A stretch of 64,000 bases of DNA, taken from contig OX597821.1 of assembly GCA_951406725.2 (NCBI GenBank), positions 81,034,001 to 81,098,000 of the forward strand. The letters are read 5' to 3'. The stretch is from Octopus vulgaris (Eukaryota). The notes beneath the pieces were generated by a model. The model was not told the DNA's origin. It saw only the letters and a list, made by a program, of their open reading frames with translations, and searched no databases. This document shows, piece after piece, positions 59,561 through 64,000 of the stretch. Positions within the stretch are counted from its first letter, which is position 1; every line of letters begins with the position of its first letter. A program made the position numbers and the translations under genes.

Positions 59561-60824
59561 ATTGTTGTTATTACCAGGTCCAATAGAGGAGATAGTAGCA
59601 GGTACGGCAAACACCTCTAGCTTTTAATTGTTGACTTTAATGAATCTAAAAGTATAGGTCTGTTTCCAAAGATATCACTTCTCCAATAATAGCAGTTTAA
59701 GCCAACAAAATGCTATAGAACAATGTCATGCTTCCAGTTTCATTGTGACAACAAGCAGATTCGCAGCACAAACAGATTGGTTGTATAACACCAGTTGTGG
59801 ATGTTCAAACACTTTCAGTGAACAACAATGGCAATTATTTAACGAGGAGAAAATCTACAGTAAATATAGATTGACACTTAATAGCGAAAAGACAAGATCA
59901 CATTTTCCCAGCAGTTAAGATTGTTAGACATACCAAACACAAAGGAAAGAAGCTAAGCTTTATATGCATAAATGTTTTGACTAAGTTATTTATAAGTTAT
60001 AACAGAATTAACTTTCAGATTAACAAACCAACAAAGGAACCAGCAAGGGTTCAACTGATCCACAAGAAATAACAAGCAAATTTCCCTAAAACCTTCCCAT
60101 CTTATGAAACATGTCAAGTAATGCAGCCCTAGAAAGATTACAAGATTACAAATGAAAAAAATAAAAAAGACAGATGGTCACAGTTGGAACATTGTTGATT
60201 CTAAGGTCTGCTAAATTTCAAGCCATGTGCTGAGGTTAGAAACAATGGCAGAATCATTAGTACATCGCAAAAAATACTTAGTAACATTTCTCCTTATTCT
60301 TGATATTCTGAGTTCAAACTCCACCAAGGATGACTTTGCCTTTCGCCCTTTCAGGGTCCATAAGATAAAATACTAGTCAAGCATTGGGACTGATGTAATC
60401 AACTATGCTCCCCTGAAAATGCTGGCTTTGTGCCAAAATTTGAAACCATTAGAATCATTAGCACATCAGACAAAAGGTATAGTGACATTTTGTCTGTCAT
60501 CACACTCTGAGTTCAAGTTCTGCCAAGGCTGACTATCTTTCATCCTTTCAGGGTCAATGTGATTGACCAGCACTCTTCCCCAAAATTTCAGGCCTTGTGC
60601 CTATAATAGAAAGAATTACCATTATTAGCAGAATCACTGGAGTGTAAGACAAAATTTTCTTGCTCTATTTGCTCCAGTTCAAACCCTGCTAAATTAGACT
60701 TTGCCTTTCATCCAGTCATAGTAAAATAATGAACCAATCCAAGAACTAATTTCCTGTTCCCCACCCAGCAAATTTAAAGCATCCTGTCTATGTTAGAAAT
60801 CACTGTAATTAATAGTGTAAAAAT

Positions 60825-61140
60825 GTGTGGCTTTGTGGTTAAGGCATTCAACTCCTCACAACTATTGATTCCTGGGGGGGGGGGGCACATTGTGTCCTTG
60901 AGCAAGACAGATTATTTCCTGTTGCTCTAATCCACTCAACTGGCAAAAATGGGTTGTGCCTCTAAGTCCAAAGGGCCAGTCATGTCACATTCTGTGTCAC
61001 ACTCCTGGATCTCTCTGAGCTACATTAAGGATATGCATGACTGTGGAGTGCTCAGCCACTTGCACCATAATTCCATGAGCTGGCTGTTTGGTTGATTGTA
61101 TCAACTGGGACCCTCGTTGTCATAACCATGGAATGCCAGT
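60825..61140 (+). mobile_element. tRNA-derived SINE, further family
   Basis: Head tggctttgtggttaagg, body aagggccagtcatgtcacattctgtgtcac..gtggagtgctcagccacttgcac; reverse-oriented homolog at about 25320-25500. Confidence 0.7.
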
Positions 61141-61376
61141 TAAAATTAATATTAGCAAAAATAAAGACAATGGAATAGTAAAAAGTAGATTACAAGACTA
61201 AACGTTTTGTAGTGCTTCGTGGCTAACTCTAGATTCTGAATTTAAATCCTGCCAGGTGTAAATCTGAGTTGATAAAATGAACACTAGTTCTATACTTGTA
61301 CTGATTTGGTATCCTACACTAGTTCTATGAAATTTGTAGTCTTATGTGAAATGAGAGAAGTCATCGAGTCATTTAA

Positions 61377-61597
61377 CCCTTCGGCATTTGAACCAGCCAT
61401 ATCTGGCCAAAAGTATTCTGCCTGTTTTATGTTCAAACTGGCCAGATCTGGTCTCTCACACCAATCCTACAATATTGTTTTAAAAATTAACAGCTACCTC
61501 ATCAAAATCTCATAGCTACAAGATAATGCATGATTAGTTCTAATCAATATGGGTAAAAAAGCATTGATTTTGGCAGAATAATGCGAACACTAAAGGG
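61377..61597. mobile_element. piggyBac-type MITE
   Basis: ttaa-cccttcggcatt ... acactaaaggg-ttaa; homologous to 11430-11649. Confidence 0.85.
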
Positions 61598-64000
61598 TTA
61601 AAAATACTACCCACTATGACTGCGTGATTAAAAAGCTTGCTTTGCAACCATGCAGTTTTAGGTTCAGTTCCACTGCGAGACACCTTGGGCAAGTGTCTTC
61701 GCCTACAGCACAGGAAGACCAAAGCCTTGTGAGTGGATCTGGTAGACAGAAACTGTGTGAAAGCTCATGTGTGTGTGCACACACGTGTCCCCCACACACA
61801 CACACCGCTTGAAACTAGAGTTGGTTTGAGACCAGTTAGACAAGTACCAGGCTAAAAAACAAAAGTACTGGGGGTTAATTTGTTTGACTACACCCTTAAA
61901 ATGTGGTGCCCCAGTTTGGCCACAATCCAATGACTTGAAGTCAGTAAAAGATAAAGACTAGTATAAACATGTGATGCACAAGAAAGATGATAGTCATGTG
62001 GAAAGTGCCAAACATTGTAAGTAGAATAGATATGCAGAAGAAGACATGGGAAGCAAGGACTGATCTTGGAATATTAAACTTCACAGAGAAGACAGAGGAC
62101 TGCAACAAGTAAAAAGATGCTGTGTTGAAATTGACCAATTCGATGCATGCATATTAGGAAAAATGGATGCAGAAGGGATGATGACAACAATGATAATGAT
62201 GACGATGAACAACAATGATGGTGATCAAGTGATATAATGCACACAAATACAGTTAAATATATGCCTGTACATATATTTAATATGTGGATGGGATTGTATG
62301 TGGGTGTGTGAGAGAGAGAGTGTGTGTGTGAGTGCACATGTTTCAGTCCAATCCATGATATAATGAAAAATATACCATAAAGATGATGATAATGATATGA
62401 CAATAGCGATGACCTTTCTTTTACCGCAACCAAGAAACATGGGAGAGTGTACATATGTGATGAATGCAGACAAATGAGATGAATGCATAAGTATGTGTGG
62501 CTGCATCCATAAATGCTTACACATATTCTCAGATGCACACATGCGCGTTATATGCAAATTTTGACTGCAGCTACTGGTAACTGATGCTTTATTCCCAAGA
62601 GTAAGACAAATTTATTGATTAATAATCCTTTAGCCAATCCAGCATTCCTAATGGTTGATTTAACTGAACATAATAGCTTTGCTTAGTCATTCCACTTTGC
62701 TAGCCCAAGTCTGCATTGCCACCATATATGGGCATTGTTATTTGCCAGCATACTTGAAGACACTGAACTGCTCAGAACACTGCTACAACAAGCATGAAAC
62801 ATCAATGTTAGAGAAAGAAGTGAATTTGATGAACAGATGCCATAAGCATGTGACTATATTGGTAAGCAGAATAACAGTGGATGGAAATTGGCCTGGAATG
62901 ATATAATAAGCATAAATTAGAAGTTATTGGATACATTATGGAAGCTAGATGCAGTCAAGACAAATCAATGATTTAATAGAAAATACAAGTATTTTTACAG
63001 AAATACTTGTATTGTTAAAAATTGAATTTTAATGTTTTACTGTTCTTTTGACCTATCACTATGTTGAGGTGAATTTTCGAAAGCTGCATGCCCTTCCTCT
63101 CACCAACCCATACCTGTTTCCAAGTAAGATAATATTTCCCTATGACCAGGCACGTCTCAGAACATTGGAAATGAAGGACACCGATCACATGATGGTCACA
63201 CTTGCTTAAAACTACAATGCAGTGTCAAGGCAAAGCCACAATAACACAGAAACACACGCACACACATAAATACACACACACACACAACAAGCCTTTTTCA
63301 GTTTTCATCTACCAAATCCACTCACAAGGCTTTGGTCAGCCTAGGACACTGTAGAAGACACTCACCCACTTGCTACACAGTGGGACTGAACCTGAAACCA
63401 TGTAGCTGAGAAATAAACTTCTTACCACGCAGCCATGCCTATACTTATACCCATTACAAACAATAAACCATTTCAACTCCAACTGGCACAAGTACTCAAA
63501 TTTGAACTCAGATCTTTCACTGTGATCTCATTAATACATGCAACATAAGTAAACATTTCTCTTTTAAAAAGTTGAATGTTAGTTATTGTACTAAACCGGT
63601 TATAATTCTTAATTACTCGGAAAATTAAAATACAGAAGCGGTACATTCTGGTAAGAAATCTCATGACAAAGAGTTTTACCACAGAACTCAAAACTGAAGG
63701 ATTAAAATGTGAATATGTATTAGTTACCCCACCATCACCCTACCCTAAAAGCATACATATATTTGCATTTGTTCTTTAAGATTTATACCATTGAGATATT
63801 TGCATTATGTACTTGGAGTTACTGCACCAAATTGAAAATCAAGTTTAGAGACCTTTGATACAGTCAAAGTTCAAGAGATGTAATGAATGCAATCTGCTTT
63901 CGTAAAGTAGGCTGCATAAATAAGGCTGAAAACCCATTTGGACTTCAGATATGTATATCTTGAAAAAACCAACAAGTCAGGTTTATGTTTAAATAACATA

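Noticed and set aside
59175-59627. 150-aa ORF with signal-peptide-like poly-Leu and poly-Asn
   Set aside because: Trinucleotide repeat field with no splice or domain support.

Overview
AT-rich eukaryotic (animal) genomic DNA, not prokaryotic. The microsatellite density and the SINE/RTE repeat families resemble octopus (coleoid cephalopod) DNA; this taxon call is from memory and unverified. The whole window lies inside one minus-strand gene, a Rho-associated coiled-coil kinase (ROCK). I traced eight GT-AG coding exons by hand (47906-47987, 14176-14276, 10290-10349, 9711-9788, 7294-7469, 5937-6021, 3365-3509, 2092-2230; 866 nt). They join in frame and encode part of the N-terminal extension and most of the kinase domain. 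The first exon and the downstream exons were not found and probably lie outside the window. The introns, including one of 33.6 kb, are packed with transposon debris: a full-length dead mariner, non-autonomous piggyBac and hAT elements with intact TIRs/TSDs, a Penelope-like element with GIY-YIG remnant and inverted termini, a 5'-truncated RTE LINE whose 3' UTR is a nested stem-loop repeat array, several tRNA-headed SINE families, long palindromes and a degenerate minisatellite. Almost all ORFs in the supplied track are spurious. I found no convincing new biological system; the best leads are the RTE 3' UTR array, the Penelope/hammerhead-like and hairpin elements, and modular SINE head/tail swapping.
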